Assembly (NCBI GenBank): GCA_964016885.1
Contig: OZ024761.1
Span: 17,484,001 to 17,548,000, forward strand
Reading direction: 5' to 3'
Source: Eledone cirrhosa
Taxonomy: Eukaryota
Length of the DNA: 64,000 nt
The notes under the pieces are model-generated. The model saw nothing but the letters and a program-made list of their open reading frames with translations, ran no database searches and had not been told where the DNA came from. Positions 11,842 through 26,890 of the stretch are shown here, in pieces. The position numbers and the translations under genes were made by a program. Each line of letters starts with the position of its first letter. Positions within the stretch are counted from its first letter, which is position 1.

Positions 11842-12728
11842 CAGGGTGCGGACTATATTTGTTCGCAAGATTACTGTCTGGGAAAAAATAACACAGTAGT
11901 TTTATTTTTTAAGATATATTTATCAAACTTGGGTCAGTTTGTCTTCATGACTTGTTCTTTCGATCTCACTCAATAAACCTGCCATTGACTTTGATGACAG
12001 CCTCGGAACCGGCTACAGGCCTTCGTCACTGTCCCACCCACGACTTAGACCCCTAAAGGCACTTGTGATCCTGGACTTCAGATCGTCTTTCGTATCGCAG
12101 CTAGATCTGTTGGTGTCTCGTTCCACTGTGCTCCACACAAAGAAGTCGAGGGGGGTTGCAGTCAGGCGAGCTGGGAGGCCAGATGTCAGGTGAAGTGTGG
12201 TCGATGAAGTTCTCTGACAACCAGGCTTGGATCTTTCGGCTGGTATGGCAGGGCGCTGAGTCTTGCTGCCACATGTACGGCCTACCTGCAGCTACCTGGT
12301 CGATCCAGGGCTTTACTACCTCACTCAGAACATGGATGTAGCCATTGGTGTTCAGCTTGAGGCCCTCAGGGAAGAAGTGAGGTGGCATGACGTCACCTTG
12401 ATTGCTGACGACACCTAAGACCAATGTTGTCGCTGGAAACTTTGTCTGCATGACTCTGGGCACGTCTTTGGATGAGACAGCGAGCCACCTGTTGTTCTGG
12501 GAGTTGATCTTCTGGTCCTTATTTGTCCTCCCAGCACAGATTCCAAGAAGAACTACGTGTCTCTTCCACAAATTTGGAGGTTCAAAATTATTCATAATCA
12601 ATTATTCTGAAAATAAATAATGGAAATATAGTCACTGTTTTTATGAAGACAAGAGTGACAACGGAAGTAAAAAAAATATGCATAAAATTAGCAGTTGAAA
12701 ATTGCGAACAAATATCGTCCACACCATG
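11842..12728 (-). mobile_element. Internally deleted Tc1/mariner-superfamily transposon, DD37D (maT-type) transposase remnant
   Basis: TA-flanked TIRs CAGGGTGCGGACTATATTTGTTCGCAA / TTGCGAACAAATATCGTCCACACCATG; ORF 12101-12601 has QQDSAPCH...WPPSSPDCNP; removing one C restores NPLDFFVW with 37 residues between the catalytic Asp residues. Confidence 0.9.
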
Positions 12729-12994
12729 TATGTGTATGTATGTATATGTGTAAGTGTTTAGATATCATGAAGGTGCGGGACTTATAGGTTAGTGTGTTTG
12801 ACTCACGATGTACCAGTAATTCAAATTGCCAGTCTTGTCACTCTTTGTATCATGCTGAATTTCCCTGAGAATTACATTAAGTGTGCATATGTATGTGGAA
12901 TGTTCAGCCATATGCACGTGAATTTTGCGAGCAGAATGTTCTGTTGATCAACTAGAATTTGTCGTCGGTACCGACAGATGTCCACAGCATACAC

Positions 12995-13380
12995 ATTTAA
13001 ACCGGCTGTAACCAGCAGCTCATACTGATGTTATGGTATTGTTCTCAAAATAAATAACATCAAAATCTCATAGATTCGATATTGTGTGAGATAATTATGT
13101 AAGATAAAACATTTACCATGAAAATACAATAGTATATATAGAATAATGTAAATGTTAAAGGTTTAACCCTTTAGCACCATATCCGGCCAGAATTCTCTCA
13201 CCTCTCTCTATTCAAACCAGCTGAAACTGGCCACTCATACTTATGTTAAGGTATTGTTCTCAAAACCAATAATATCAAAATCTCATAGATTTGATATTAT
13301 GTGAGATAATTATGTAAGGTAAAGCCTGTACCATGAGAATACAACAGTAAATATAGAGTAATGTAAATGCTAATGGGTTA
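12995..13380. mobile_element. Two tandem piggyBac-type MITE remnants
   Basis: TTAACCCTTTAGCA and TAAATGCTAATGGGTTAA ends; same family as 53300-53886. Confidence 0.6.
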
Positions 13381-13519
13381 AATATATGATTCAGAAAAGA
13401 GGAAAAAATTAACAAGACGTAATTAATTATGGATGGAAATTAAAAATGTTTAATTACATATACACCTAATTAGTACAGTAATAATTGAATGGCATATCAA
13501 GAAAGACAAAGGAAAATAA

Positions 13520-13856
13520 GATGAATGTATGTGTGTGTGTGTGTTTGTATATGTATGTATATATATATATGCGTGTGTGTCTTCGTGGTAATTGTTTATA
13601 TACATATATATTTGAGTGTGTTCATATACTTGTGTGTGTATATGTATGTATATATATTTGTATATACATGTGTATATATTATATGTGTATATATTTATTT
13701 ATGTATGTATATGTATATATATATATTTATGTATGTATATATATATATATATATTTATATATGTATATATATATATTTATATATATGTGTGTATATATAT
13801 ATATATGTGTATGTATATATATATATATACACATGTGTGTATATATATATATACAC

Positions 13857-13894
<38 letters not shown>

Positions 13895-13999
13895 ATTTCT
13901 ATATATATATTTATATATACATGTATATATATATATATGTGTGTTTGTGTATGTCTATATATATATTTATATATACATGTATATATATATATATGTGTG

Positions 14000-14062
<63 letters not shown>

Positions 14063-14206
14063 GTATATATATATATATATATAAGATATTGCACCAATCA
14101 TTTGATACATTGTTTTTATTATTATTATTGTGTCCATCTTTGTTGTTGCTATAGGTCATAGGCAAAAAGATGTTGCACACACACACATATATATATATAT
14201 ATATAC

Positions 14207-14296
<90 letters not shown>

Positions 14297-14891
14297 CTAT
14301 ATACAGACAGATTATATTTCAATACATATGACTGTAGCAACACCCATTGATGGATACTTTTGAACACACACACACACACAGACACAGAGTGACAAACTGG
14401 TGCGGGGATTACTGCACTACTGATGCATTGGGAGACAGATATGTACAATTGGAACATTGTATATAAGTATATATATATTTTTATACTTACATACATGTGT
14501 GTGTGTATACATATATATATACACTTGTATATATGTATGTATATATATATAGATACATTTATATATATATGTCTATATATATATATATATATATATATAC
14601 TTGTATATATATATATGTATGTATATGTATATATATATATAGATAGATACATTTATATATACATACATTTATATATAGATATATATATATACATACATGT
14701 GTTTGTGTATACATATATATATACACTTGTATATATGTATGTATATATATATAGATACATTTATATATATATGTCTATATGTATATATATATATATACTT
14801 TTATATATATATACACTTGTATATATGTATGTATATATATATAGATACATTTATATATATATGTCTATATATATATGTATATATATATACT

Positions 14892-14931
<40 letters not shown>

Positions 14932-15023
14932 GATAGATACATTTATATATATATATATATATACATACATGAGTGTGTGTATATATATGTATATCAATAT
15001 ACATACATTTATATATATATACT

Positions 15024-15100
<77 letters not shown>

Positions 15101-15307
15101 TAGAATCTTTTGCAGTATATTTGACTAAAGAAATTTTAGCCGGATTGTGGGGTTTAAAACCCTCTAAAAATGGAAAGGATGAGTATTGACGTACACATCT
15201 TTTTCCATTTTCAAAGGGTTTTTAAAGTACCAGGCTAAAATTTCTTTAGTCAATAACATGACAAAAGCTTCTATTCCTAGCTGTTTCAAAACAAACTTGC
15301 TTTGTTT

Positions 15308-15351
<44 letters not shown>

Positions 15352-15792
15352 CTTATATAGACATATAAGTGTAATACATATTATTATTATTACACTGCTC
15401 TATATACATACATGCATATTACAAATACATGCAGATAGAGAAAGAGAGAATAAAGGGTGATGAGGAAAAAACAAGGGAGGTAATAGAGATTTATAAATAC
15501 ATCAAATTTATAAATACAATCAAATTCTCTGTACGTATATATCTGTATATTTACATTTGATTATATATATATAGACACATATATACATATGTATATGTGT
15601 CTGTTCATATATATATATGTGTATATATATTATATATATATATATATGTATATGTATATATGTATATATATGTATGTATATATATATATATGTGTATATA
15701 TATATGTATGTATATATATATGTATGTATATATATATATATGTGTATATATATATGTATGTATATATATATGTATGTATATATATATGTATG

Positions 15793-15839
<47 letters not shown>

Positions 15840-15852
15840 GTATATATATATG

Positions 15853-15907
<55 letters not shown>

Positions 15908-15920
15908 GTATATATATATG

Positions 15921-15967
<47 letters not shown>

Positions 15968-15968
15968 G

Positions 15969-16035
<67 letters not shown>

Positions 16036-16042
16036 GTATATA

Positions 16043-16081
<39 letters not shown>

Positions 16082-16232
16082 GTATATATATATATATATA
16101 TGTATGTATATATATATATATGTATGTATATATATGTGTATATATATATATATGTTTATATATATGTATGTGTATATATATATATATATGTTTATATATA
16201 TGTATGTGTATATATATATATATATGTTTATA

Positions 16233-16301
<69 letters not shown>

Positions 16302-16559
16302 ACTTTAATTGATATTACTTTATTCTGTGAAAACACCATTACATTCTACTATTCTAATTTGTGGTTCATTTTTGTTCTAATGAACACTCACATTCTAATA
16401 TACACACATGTATACATCACATGTATACATCACATGCATATATATATAAATATATATATATACATATACATATATATATATATGTATGTATATATATATG
16501 TATATATATATATATATATATACATATATACATACTTATATATACATACATATATATAC

Positions 16560-16593
<34 letters not shown>

Positions 16594-16669
16594 ATATACA
16601 CATGCACACACACACACACACACATATATATATACATACATATATATATATACACATGCACACACACAT

Positions 16670-16728
<59 letters not shown>

Positions 16729-16834
16729 GATTATCTTCAACCTAGGAGCACTGAAATGTGTTAGAATTTTGGTGAGAGATTTGGGCAAAATTTGAGGTAT
16801 ATAAACTGCTAACGATTTAAATGTGTATATATAT

Positions 16835-16865
<31 letters not shown>

Positions 16866-17400
16866 CAGGTATATATTCTACCTAATGTTATGAGTTCTGT
16901 TTTACATATTTCATGTTTTACCATGTATCTAATTTCATTTTAGAAACTCTATTACCATATATACATATGTATATATATATATGTGTGTGTGTGTGTATGT
17001 GTTTGTGTTTGCATATCACATGTTCGTGTCACACAACCAGTTATATATTAGGGGACAATGACGTGCAGTGTATTCGTAGTTACTATTAAAACTGGTAGAA
17101 ACCAGTGCTACACAGTCAAATCAACTGTAATCTTGCTAAGGTTTTATCTTTGCTCAAATGTATTTGTGTATGTATGTATGTATATATATGTCTGTAAATA
17201 TATGTCTGTAAATATATGTATGTATGTATGTATTTATTTATTTATGTATGTATATATATATATTTATATATATTGTATGTATTATATATATATATGTATG
17301 TATGTATGTATTTATTTATGTATGTATATATATATATATTTGTATATATATGTGTATATATGCATACCTTCATATATATATATATAGATAGATAGATAGA
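13520..17400. repeat. Large degenerate (TA)/(TATG)/(CA) microsatellite field
   Basis: Directly visible; source of the YI/YM/CV pseudo-ORFs. Confidence 0.95.
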
Positions 17401-18716
17401 TATATATGTGTGTGTGTGTATAGGTGTTTTTCTATGTTAGTACACATGTCTGGAAATATCACTACCTCAGTACCTTGGATATGGTTGGATTGGGTGGCCT
17501 GTGGTGGGAGTGTAGGTCTGTATTTGGCAGGGTGTCGGTACATGAGGTACATGAAGGAGTTCTTTGAAAGGGGTCCAATGTTTGGCGAGAATATTTGCTG
17601 GATAGTTCTTTGTACATCACAATAAGTCAGTACCTTGGTAGCTCATCAAAGGCTGCCATTGCCTGTGCTACTATACCACTCTGTTCTTAACTTTCTAACG
17701 AGGTACATAAAATTGGTATGTTCTTGTAGTTCGTTAGTTAGGTCCTTGGCACCTGTATAGGAGCTGGTACTCATCTAGGTACCTGCATCAATATATGTAC
17801 CTGTATAGATGTAATCAATGCTTGCCAGTTAAGTGGTTCTTTTTTTATTTTATCTGTAGCTTCATGTCACCCTTTTGATACCAAACTTCCTGAAACTGCC
17901 CCGAGTCCTACTCTACCAAGCTGTATTCTTAAGTATTTATAGTTATCTGAAATTTTCCATCATCATTTTATGTAAGTATTTTGGTTAAATTATCTTCTTT
18001 CTAAACACTAACTTAATACTGAGAAAGTTATTTTACTAAATCCTTCCAAATTCTTTATTATTTCTAACATAATTTTAAAATCGTAGATAGTAATAAAAAT
18101 TACTTCCTACGATGTAGTAATATGAAAGGATTAAAATGCTTATATTTATCTAAAAACCTTCCATCATAATTTTATATATTTTATATATTCTCAACATCAT
18201 CTTGATAATGAGAAAGTTAGCTATTTTACTAAATCCTTCCAAATTCTTGATTATTCTCAAAATCAAAGGTTCTGTCTTTTATTAGAAATATGATAACAAA
18301 AGGGTTTTAAATGTTTATATTCATCTCATAAACGTCCATCATAAATTTATTTAAGTGCCTTTGTTAAATTACTTAATAAAGTTAGTTATATTACAACATC
18401 TCTCCTGATTCTTGTTTATTTTCAAAATAATTTGAAAATGAAAGGTGGCGTCTTTCATTCGAAATATGGTAACAAAAGGGTTAAGCATGGGTACTCTTTT
18501 CAATAAATATTTCGGGTATGTATCATCCATATTGGTGTCTTTTTTTTTTTTTTCCTTTTCCCGAAAAAAACATTTTTTTTCGGTATATCCAGTCTGATGT
18601 CTCAATACTTGAAAAAAAAATCGCAACGGATGTGTCTCTGAGCAACGCAAAGGTTTGATGTAGTTTGTTGTCCAATTGTTTTTCTTTTTCACTGTCTGTG
18701 TCATTGTTTCGTCCCC

Positions 18717-18796
18717 TCATTTGAAGACATGAAGGTTATACAAGCTAAAACCCATTCTGCCTTGCAGTGCACAGTAGATGTACACTACGTGGTACA
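18717..18796 (-). CDS. TMEM134: TMEM134 final exon (V-YHVVYIYCALQGRMGFSLYNLHVFK*)
   Basis: Acceptor TGTTTCAG|; matches the TMEM134 C-terminal motif PGVYHVIFIYCAVKG.RGF; stop TGA at 18719-18717. Confidence 0.92.
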
Positions 18797-18929
18797 CTGA
18801 AACAGATGAGAGAGAGAGAATAAAACCATCACTGATTATATACTTATTTATATATATATGTCTACATGTTACTTATATCATCATCAACTACATTTTCATC
18901 ACTTTCATCATCATCAACATCATTCTTCA

Positions 18930-19540
18930 TCTGCAGCCACACTTAAAATTTGCATCACCAGTCTGGAACCCCTGTCTTGCTCAGAATATTGACCCCCTGA
19001 AAATTGTTCAGAGATATGCAACTAAGCGAATACCCTCCATCAGGAATCTACCATACTCTGAACGCTTTGCTTCCCTGGGTATGGATACATTGAAGCTCCG
19101 ACATCTGGCAACTGACTTGGTAAACACCCACAAAATTATTAACCATCTTGCCAACAACAACCCTGAGCACCTTTTTGAATTCCATGTGTCTAACACCTGT
19201 GGGCATGCCTACAAAGTGAGAAAATAGCACAGCTCCCATGACTTTCGGAAACATTTTTTCACACTCAGAGTGGCTGAAGCATGGAACGAACTACTTGCAT
19301 GGGTTAATAGCTGTCAGTACACTGCATCCTTTAAAACCTCCATGCTTCCTGAAATTCGCTAACACAGCACATGATATTCACCCCATCCATACATATGCAC
19401 GTATGTATCAGTGTGTACATCATGACTCATACACTGATCACTTTCCTGACATTTGCACATTATTCTATGTACTATACCTTTGATGTGTTGTAGTGCACCT
19501 GAGCACTGTACACAATAATTTTCATAATTATTATTATTAT
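18930..19540 (+). mobile_element. CR1/L2-like LINE 3' fragment
   Basis: PHLKFASPVWNP...IVQRYATKRIP...YSER motif typical of the C-terminus of CR1/L2 ORF2; (TAT)n tail; second 3' fragment at 27295-27515. Confidence 0.8.
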
Positions 19541-19737
19541 CATCAAAAATATGTCATCCCTTTTATCATCACAACCATCATCTTCATCATCATCACCATT
19601 ACCACTACCATGGCATGGTTTGGACAGGCCGTCACGGTTCACGTTTCAACACTATACAAGATCAGAGAAACATGAAGCTTGTCCTGCTCACACATTCCAT
19701 TTTATTTCTAGAGAGAATTTTGTTGAAGAATTCTTAC

Positions 19738-19791
19738 CTCCAGGAATGAAGCATATGAGACCAGCAATGAATAATACAACACTGTGTGAGG
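19738..19791 (-). CDS. TMEM134: TMEM134 exon 6 (ASHSVVLFIAGLICFIPG)
   Basis: TTCTCTAG| acceptor, G|GTAAGA donor, phase 1/1; second transmembrane helix. Confidence 0.92.
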
Positions 19792-19866
19792 CTAGAGAAA
19801 GAAAGGAAGAATGAAAGAAAGAATATATAATTTGGAATTATATATATACACATATGCATGCGTGTA

Positions 19867-19901
<35 letters not shown>

Positions 19902-20816
19902 GTATGTTTGTATATGTATATATATATATATATATATAAATTAAACATGTAAATGTTCATCAAATATTAATTTATACTGCTCAGAAGCGATTCCTAGAGC
20001 TGAAATGATTGTAAATGACCCCTTTGAGTCTAAACTCTAAGCTATTTATTTATATATATATATGTATGTTTGTATATGTATATATATATATATATATATA
20101 TGTATGTTTGTATATATATATGTATGTAAGTTTGTGTATATATATATATATATATATGTATGTTTGTATATATGTATATATAAATATGTATGTCAGGTCA
20201 CCAGTTGGTGCTACTGGTAACATGTATTCCAGTACAACCTGTTCCATGGTCGGGTCGTTGGCGACTAAACTGGCAACCCCACCAAGGTTTCTTGGTGAGG
20301 AGGGTGACTTTGGACATCCTGCAGGACTAAAAACAAAACCTGTCAAAAGGCAAAGGAGCTCTTAAGAGTCAATGGCCATCCAAAATCACCGGGAGAGATG
20401 ACCCCTTAGCCTTTGTCAAGGCAGAATTCTAGGAGAAGGAAAACTCTGATATAACACCTGCAACCCTGATGGTATCCAATGATGTTGACTTGTTCTTCTT
20501 TTTGGTAAATATCATCTTGGTTAAGAGAGTGGGACTGGCTTTGTGCAGTGCCTTTGCTCACTATAAAAGCTTCACGGCACAGGCATTGCTTTATATCTGG
20601 AGATCTCTCTGCATTTGTCGTCACATGGTACCATGGGCCCAGCACTATGTGTCAATAATTGTCACAAGTGTAGTGTTTGTACCAGAGCTTTCAAGTCGCT
20701 GGCTGGACTAAAAAGTCACACTCGTTCAGCGCATCAGTAGGGGTTCTCCTACATGGATATAAAGTAGTGGCCGTACTCGAAAACGAGTTGGCAGCCACCA
20801 TATATAAATATAAGTT

Positions 20817-20861
<45 letters not shown>

Positions 20862-21352
20862 TTGTATATATGTATATATATATGTATGTTTGTATATATG
20901 TATATATATATGTATGTTTGTATATATGTATATATATATATGTATGTTTGTATATATGTATATATATATATATGTATGTATATATGTATATATATATATG
21001 TATGTTTGTATATATCTATATATATATATGTATGTTTGTATATATATATGTATGTTTGTATATATATATATATGTATGTTTGTATATATATATATATATG
21101 TATGTATGTTTGTATATATATATATGTATGTAAGTTTGTGTATATATATATATGTTTGTACATATGTATATATATATATGTATGTTTGTGTATATATATA
21201 TATATATATGTTTGTATATATGTATATATATATATATATGTATGTTTGTGTATATATATGTATGTTTGTATATATGTATATATATATATATTATATATAT
21301 ATGTATGTTTGTATATATATATATGTATGTATGTTTGTGTATATATATATGT

Positions 21353-21407
<55 letters not shown>

Positions 21408-21567
21408 CTTGCTCAAGGACATAACGCATCACCCGGTCCAGGAATCGAACTCACAATCTCTTACCACTTAGCCATGCGCCTTCACATATGTATGTTTGTG
21501 TATACATATATATATGTATGTTTGTATATATATGTATGTTTGTGTATATATGTATGTTTGTGTATAC

Positions 21568-21599
<32 letters not shown>

Positions 21600-21851
21600 C
21601 ATCATCATCAACATCATCACCGTTTTACGTCCGTTCTTCCACGCTAGCATGGGTTAGACGGGTTGTCCTGTTGTGGGCAGTGTCTGGTCGGCTGACCATG
21701 CCTTGCTCATACAGGAACTGATTTGGCTTGATTTCTACAGCTGGATGCCCTTCCTAACACCAACCTCATTTACAGTGAGTGCTGGGTGCTTTTTTGCTGT
21801 GGCACCTCCACGACCACCTTGCGGTGGGGGGTGGGGGGTGTATATATATAT

Positions 21852-22330
21852 ATTGAAAGAGTGAAGAATAACATGGTCAACAGTACAAAAAAGGGTTTTA
21901 TTTACAGTCTAACAATTGTTTCACTGATTAAGTTGTCTAAAAATTGCTGAACACTAGAAGCAGTGCCACTCAATTTTAAATACGTTGTTAGCTTAACCAG
22001 ATCATCGGTTTTTCTCCGATGATCTGGTTAAGCTAACAACGTATTTAAAATTTCAAGTGTTCAGCAATTTTTAGACAACTTAATCAGTGAAACAATTGTT
22101 AGACTGTAAATAAAACCTTTTTTTTGTACTGTTGACCATGTTATTCTTCACTCTTTCAATATTATTACTCCAAGATAAACTTACATAGGAATACAAGAGA
22201 ACTCACAAACTCGCCACCTACATAAATCCCTTGTTGAGTCAAACAATGCCATGCACTAAAACTATCCATAATATGAAGTATTCACAACCTCTAACTGGAT
22301 TACCTCTAACAATATTTTGTTATCCCTTAT
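21852..22330. mobile_element. About 310-bp palindrome with degenerate hammerhead plus tail, in (TA)n
   Basis: 21852-22008 mirrors 22017-22162; CCGATGA at 22016, long stem II, GAAAC-AATT-GTT at 22089-22100; TACTCC tail at about 22166. Confidence 0.6.
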
Positions 22331-22866
22331 ATATATATATATATATATATATCATCATCACCGTTTTACGTCCGTTCTTCCACGCTAGCATGGGTTAGAC
22401 GGGTTGTCCTGTTGTGGGCAGTGTCTGGTCGGCTGACCATGCCTTGCTCATACAGGAACTGATCTGGCTTGATTTCTACAGCTGGATGCCCTTCCTAACA
22501 CCAACCTCATTTACAGTGAGTGCTGGGTGCTTTTTCGTGGCGCCTACACGTCCACTTTACAGTGTGGGCTGGGTGCTTTTTTGCCGTGGCACCTCCACGA
22601 CCACCTTGCGGTGGGGGGGGGGGGCATATTGTTTATATGCTTCAGCATGTACCCATGGGAGGTCGGGTACCCTGTATTACTGCGTGACGCCATATATATA
22701 TATATATATATAAGATAAAAATACTTGAGTGCGTTAGAGTTAAACACACTCGTCGTGTTAGAGAAATGACAGTATAAGATATAGCTCAATGCTATCAAAC
22801 AGAGCCGAAAAAATTTATATAAAAATTAACAAAGAAGCCTTAATACATCAAAAATCTTTAATTGCT

Positions 22867-22916
<50 letters not shown>

Positions 22917-23013
22917 TGTGTATACATATATATATGTATGTATATATGTGTGTGTGTAGTGACAGGGATGAGATAAGATGGGTGCTAGCTGTGAAAACCT
23001 CTCTAAGACTTAC

Positions 23014-23055
23014 CTTTTATCGAAATGGCAACAGATAGACCTGCCAGGAGGAGGG
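23014..23055 (-). CDS. TMEM134: TMEM134 exon 5 (ALLLAGLSVAISIK)
   Basis: CCATTACAG| acceptor, G|GTAAGT donor, phase 1/1. Confidence 0.9.
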
Positions 23056-23783
23056 CTGTAATGGAGATAAAACAAAAGACATTGATATTGAATCTACAAT
23101 ATGTTGTGGCAACAACAATAATAATAATTGTTTCTACTTTAGGCACAAGGCCAGCAAATTACTCAGTGTATTACTGGTACTTTTGTGGCAACAACAATAA
23201 TAATAATGATTTCTACTATAGCTACAAGACCAGCAATTTGGGGAGAGGGGAAAGTCGATTAAATCGACCCCAATGCATTACTGGTACTTTATTTTATCGA
23301 ACCCGTAAGGATGAAAAGCAAAGCTAACCTTGGCGGGATTTGAACTCAGGATGTAAAGGGCCGTAACTATGCTGTGAAGCATGTCCGACGCTCTTCCGAT
23401 ATTGCCAATCCGTCGTCCTGCTAATAATAATAATGGTTTCTGATTTAGGCACAAGGCCATCAATTTGGAGGGAATGGAAAGTCGATTAAATTAACCCAGT
23501 GCATTACTGGTACTTATTTTATCGACCCCATAAGGATGAAAGGCAAATCTAACGTCTGCGAGATTTGAACTCAGAATGTAAAGGACCGTGACGGTATACC
23601 ACAAAGCATGTTGTCCGACGCTCTACCGATTATGCCAATCCACCGTACTAACACTACTACTAATAATGGTTTCTTATATAGGCACAAGGTCAGCAATTTT
23701 GGGGGAGGGGAAAGTCTATTAAATCGACCCCAGTGCGTGACTGGTACTTTATTTTATCGACCCCGTAAAGATGTCTCACTCAC

Positions 23784-23860
23784 CAGATCCAATCAGTGTC
23801 AAAGCTATAGATCCGAGGACAACTTTCCAGTTTTCACGAATTTTCGGGTGTTTGTACCAG
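23784..23860 (-). CDS. TMEM134: TMEM134 exon 4 (WYKHPKIRENWKVVLGSIALTLIGS)
   Basis: CTCTTTCAG| acceptor, G|GTGAGT donor; matches TMEM134 W.HP...N.RVVL.S motif and first TM helix. Confidence 0.92.
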
Positions 23861-24099
23861 CTGAAAGAGACAAAATGGGTTGGTTTAGTTTCATAGATTA
23901 CTACTTATAAAATAAGGTGAAGACACTTAAAGATGGAAAATGAAGACACCATTGACCAATGGCATCTTCTGTTTTTGTCTTTAAGAGACTTCAACCTATT
24001 TTTTAGCATCTCCATGCATGAGCACACCACTCTATATATGTGTGTGTGTGTGTATAATTTTGCAAACCATTCACTCAGTACGCTGTTAATGAATCCTAC

Positions 24100-24192
24100 C
24101 TGAGATTTTGGACAGATTGTGGCGTCACTGCTGTTTCTTCTGTATATGAAGCAGCCACGGAATGCATGGAGGAGGTGTGGAATACTCTGAGG
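24100..24192 (-). CDS. TMEM134: TMEM134 exon 3 (LRVFHTSSMHSVAASYTEETAVTPQSVQNL)
   Basis: CTCTTCAG| acceptor, AG|GTAGGA donor, phase 2/2 preserves frame. Confidence 0.8.
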
Positions 24193-24499
24193 CTGAAGAG
24201 GAGACAAACAGGCAGATAGATAGAGACAAATAAATAAACAATGAGATAGATAGATGAATATATATATATATATATATATAACGAAGGAAGTGTGGTAAGG
24301 AACCAGAGTACTCAATACTTAGGGTAGTAGAGTGGGTAATAGGAAAATGTTTAACCCCGACGGCAGAGCTCAAGCTGTTTTGACGGCTATTTCTGGACTG
24401 AAATAGCCGTCGAAATGGCTTGAACTCTGCCGTCGGGATTAAACATTTTCCTATATATATATCCCTTACCAGAAGACGTGACAAAGTGTCTTTCGTAAA

Positions 24500-26890
24500 C
24501 ACTAAATCCCTCCCCCAACATAGTCTCATGGTCAGGACGAGTCGTACTCGACAACAGAGGAGGACTACCCTGAGAAGAAGAATATGGAAGTTAAAGGACC
24601 CCACAGCCAGTAACAAATTTAAAAGCATACTACTTGATGCTTTTGACAGTAAGGAAGAGCAATTAGAGACGTACAGCATAGAGGAACAGTGGGAATTCCT
24701 GAAAGTTAACCTGCTGAAGGCGACAGATAAAATCTGTGGCTGGAGCAGACCTATAGGCAGGAGAAGAGTAACATAGTGGTGGAACAGTAAGGTGAAGGAG
24801 TCAATCAAGGCCAAAAAGCAAGCTTGGAAAGTATGGCGGGATGGGGGAAGTAGAGAACACTATCAAGTGGCCAGGAGGGAAGCTAGAAGACAAGTGTACC
24901 TTGCACGAAGGAAAGCAGAGGAAAGAAAGTTCAAGCATGTTCTACAACGCGAGGACCAAAAACATGAGGTGTTCAGGATTGCTAGACAATGTGTCAAGGA
25001 AAACTGATATTGTCGGGGAGAAGTGTGTTTGTAATGATGATGGTATACTTGCCATCACTGATAAGAAGGTAGCTTGGAAGTGTCACTACGAGAGGCTACT
25101 AAATGAGGAGAATAAGTGGGAAAAAGATAGTCTGCCCAAAATCGATCCAATAGAGGGACCAGCAGTGCAAGTTGAAGGTAGTATAATAAGTAAGGCAATC
25201 AAAGATATGAAGACAGGCAAAGCAGCTGGGCCTTCGGAGATAGTTGCTGAAAGTATCTGGATCAGTGGGACACACTATGGTCACCCGGATAGTAAACCAA
25301 GTCATACAGAATGGGGTCATACCAAATGACTGGCATAGCAGCAGCATCATTAACTGCTACAAAGGTAAAGGAGATGCCCTAGATAGGGGAAACTATAGAG
25401 GCATTAAATTAATTGACCAGATCATGAAGGTCACAGAAAAAGTTATAGCGCAACTAATCAGAGAGCGAATTGATCTAGATGAAATGCAGTTTGGGTTTGT
25501 GTCAGGTAAAAGTACCACAGACGCTCTTTTCCTTGTACAACTACAGGAGAAGTACCTAGCTAAAAGTAAACCCCTATACTTAGCTTTTGTTGACTTGGAG
25601 AAAGCCTTTGACAGAGTCCCCCACTCCATTATCTGGTAGGCTCTTAGAAAACTAGGTGTTGATGAATGGCTTGTGAGAGCTATACAAGCCATGTATAAAG
25701 AAATAGTCAGCAAGGTTAGAATTAACAACGAATATAGTGAAGAGTTTAGTGTAAAAGTTGGTGTTCATCAGGGCTCTGTTCTTAGCCCCCTACTATTTAT
25801 TATTGCCCTCCAGGCTATAACAGTGGAGTTCAAGACCGGCTACCCATGGGAACTTCTATACGCAGATGATCTAATGTTGATAGCTGAATCAATGGCTGAA
25901 CTAGAGAAGAAATTTCAAATTTGGAAGCATAGCCTAGAATCAAAAGGCCTTAAAATTAACTTGTCTAAGACTAAAGTTCCAGTATGTAGGAAGGAAAATA
26001 GGGCACTGGTCCCCTCTGGGAAATGACCATGCTCAGTGTGTAGGCAGAAACTCCATTTTATGTCCCAAATGCAAATTATGGGTGCATAAAAGATGTAGTG
26101 GGATCACAGGTAAGCTAACTAAGAACATAGATTTTATATGTGGCCGGTGCTCAGGTGCAATAAATAGTAGCAAATGCCCACAGAATACTAGCTCCTTCCA
26201 TTGCCCAGATAGTTCTATTACCTTCCGTTACCTTGGTGACAAAATCAGCAGTGGTGGAAGGTGCTCTGAAAGTACAGTAGCTAGAGCCAGAACGGGATGG
26301 AAAAAGTTCAGAAAGCTTATACCACTATTGGCCGCTAAAGGGTTCTCTAAAAATGAAAGGCAGGCTGTATGATGCCTGCATACGAACAGCAATGTTACAT
26401 GGCAGTGAGACATGGGCATTGTGTGCAGAGGAACGAAGCTTGCATGCTCCGCTGGATGTGTAATAGTAATATACGTGAACGGCAAAGCATAAATGAACTA
26501 AGTGAGAAATTAGGAATAAGAGGGATCAGATGCTGTTTACTCGAGAGAAGACTACATTGGTATGGTCACGTGATGCGCATGAAAGACGACAGCTGTATAA
26601 AAAAGTACAGGGCGATAAAAATAGACGGTAGCTACGGAGTAGGCAGACCCAGAAAAACCTGGGACGATTTGATAAATTCCGACCTTACACTTCTGCAAGA
26701 CAATGTCACTGGACCGAGATCTTTGGCGCTACGCATTAATACAGAAGACCCGCCTTACCTAAGTACAAAGCGAAACCTACAATCAGTAGGCACCTCCTAA
26801 CCAAAAATACACCCCCGCCCCACTACCCCTACCCCCACCCCCATCTACACCACCCCTTTCAATGTAAAGTTATGTTGGTACCACAACATC
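24500..26890 (+). mobile_element. 5'-truncated, frameshifted RTE-clade LINE (RT domain plus PHD-like finger)
   Basis: NYRGIKL, QFGF, FVDLEKAFDRV, HQGSVLSP, LLYADDL, RLHWYGHVMRM, GRPRKTW motifs spread over several frames with stops; antisense to TMEM134 intron 2. Confidence 0.95.

Noticed and set aside
13485-16842. Long YI/YM/CV-rich ORFs (also at 20.7-21.6, 40.8-41.5 and 63.2-63.9 kb)
   Set aside because: Translations of (TA)n/(TG)n microsatellites.
17640-17752. Possible minus-strand terminal exon AKDLTNELQEHTNFMYLVRKLRTEW
   Set aside because: TMEM134 already terminates at 18717 with the conserved C-terminus; no recognisable homology; most likely 3'UTR.
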